This document shows positions 63,061 through 64,000 of a DNA stretch of 64,000 nt, piece by piece. Below the pieces are notes generated by a model. The model ran no database searches, was not told the origin of the DNA, and saw only the letters and a list, made by a program, of their open reading frames with translations. The stretch's first letter is position 1. Every line of letters starts with the position of its first letter. Source of the stretch: Lytechinus pictus (lineage: Eukaryota); assembly GCF_037042905.1 (NCBI RefSeq), contig NC_087251.1:27654001-27718000 (forward strand). Reading direction: 5' to 3'. The translations under genes and the position numbers were made by a program.

Positions 63061-63150
63061 CCAGTCAGTTGCCTCACCGGCGACTGACTGGAATACTCCC
63101 CAGGAAGTGGAGAATTTGCTTTGCATACATTGTGTGCGGGAATGACTGAT
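63061..63150 (+). repeat. Hairpin-containing fragment, possible SINE remnant
   Basis: CCAGTCAGTTGCC-TCACC-GGCGACTGACTGG forms a 13-bp stem (one G-U) with a 5-nt loop, followed by ATACTCCCCAGGAAGTGGAGA; SINE origin is from recollection only. Confidence 0.35.
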
Positions 63151-64000
63151 TGAATCCGATTCTTAGACAGATTGGTTTCTTTAAAAGATGCATTTACTTT
63201 ATACGTTTCTCAATCATAAACATTCTATAATTATCTTTGTTCAGATATTATTGGCTCGTCTGTATCAAGAAATTGTTGCGTTTGATTATCAAATGTTCTT
63301 GATGCTAAAAATTTCAAGGGACTTGGAGTAGCAAAGATCCACCTGGGCGTTCGGCTTAATATCATTTATGGCGCAGATGCAGACAAATTAAAGAAACCTA
63401 ACCACTCCCCAAGTAAGACACACTGTTTATGCCGCTTTACAGAGCAATCTACACCGCTGTTATGACCGGCATCCCTTTTGTTATTCCTTTTAATGAAAAG
63501 TGCCACTTTGATGATGAAAAGTAAAAAAAAAAATGAAGAGCGAGAACTCATCTCCTGATATACAATTTCACTCAGACCTGTCGGGCGCACATTTGATATA
63601 TTTCTCAAAAAATGAAGTACGGTCCGTGACGTCATAAACTGGCATGGAAACCAAACAATATAATCATACTAGAGAACGTTTTCCTTGCAGGGACTTCAGC
63701 TAGAGAGCTGGAAATTATAATGCCTTGATATTCAAGGCAATTTCGCCACAGAAAAAAAAAGAAAATTAAATCCTTCTTCTGATCTCATTCATTATTTTGT
63801 TTGATTCAATCTTGAGTTTGAAGGAAAGAGAGAAGAAAAATGGGAGTCGCCCAATTTAATCAGGAGAAAAACATCAAAGAATTGACTTTGCCATTCCATC
63901 ATGACTGTTTGGGGATACCATGCACTTTAGCCATTGATTCTTTTTGATGCAATTGAAACCAGGATAAGTGAGGGTTGTCCAAAATAAGATGTTTTGCGCT

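Overview
AT-rich, gene-poor eukaryotic DNA; the repeat families and receptor sequence suggest an invertebrate deuterostome such as a sea urchin (inference). The only supportable protein-coding sequence is an intronless muscarinic acetylcholine receptor ORF (51937-53670, +, 577 aa) of the M1/M3/M5 (Gq) type, preceded by a strong splice acceptor, so its 5' exons are non-coding and lie upstream. The rest is non-coding DNA with many non-autonomous DNA transposons: ~600-bp TTAA-flanked Kolobok-type MITEs, CWG-flanked Harbinger-like MITEs, CACT-ended MITEs, a Helentron-type element with an internal tandem array, an 8-bp-TSD foldback element inside a (TAC)n field and a 440-bp nested palindrome. There is also a 12-copy, exactly 100-bp tandem array. 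The most notable signals are an Asn6.52-to-Ser change in the receptor ligand pocket, a strand-specific excess of GACT/DRACH-like words downstream of the receptor (possibly a ~9-kb m6A-rich 3' UTR), and a candidate 50-nt upstream exon whose terminal ATG would splice onto an in-frame TGA. No CRISPR array, rRNA, tRNA or autonomous transposase was found. Counts and alignments were done by eye.
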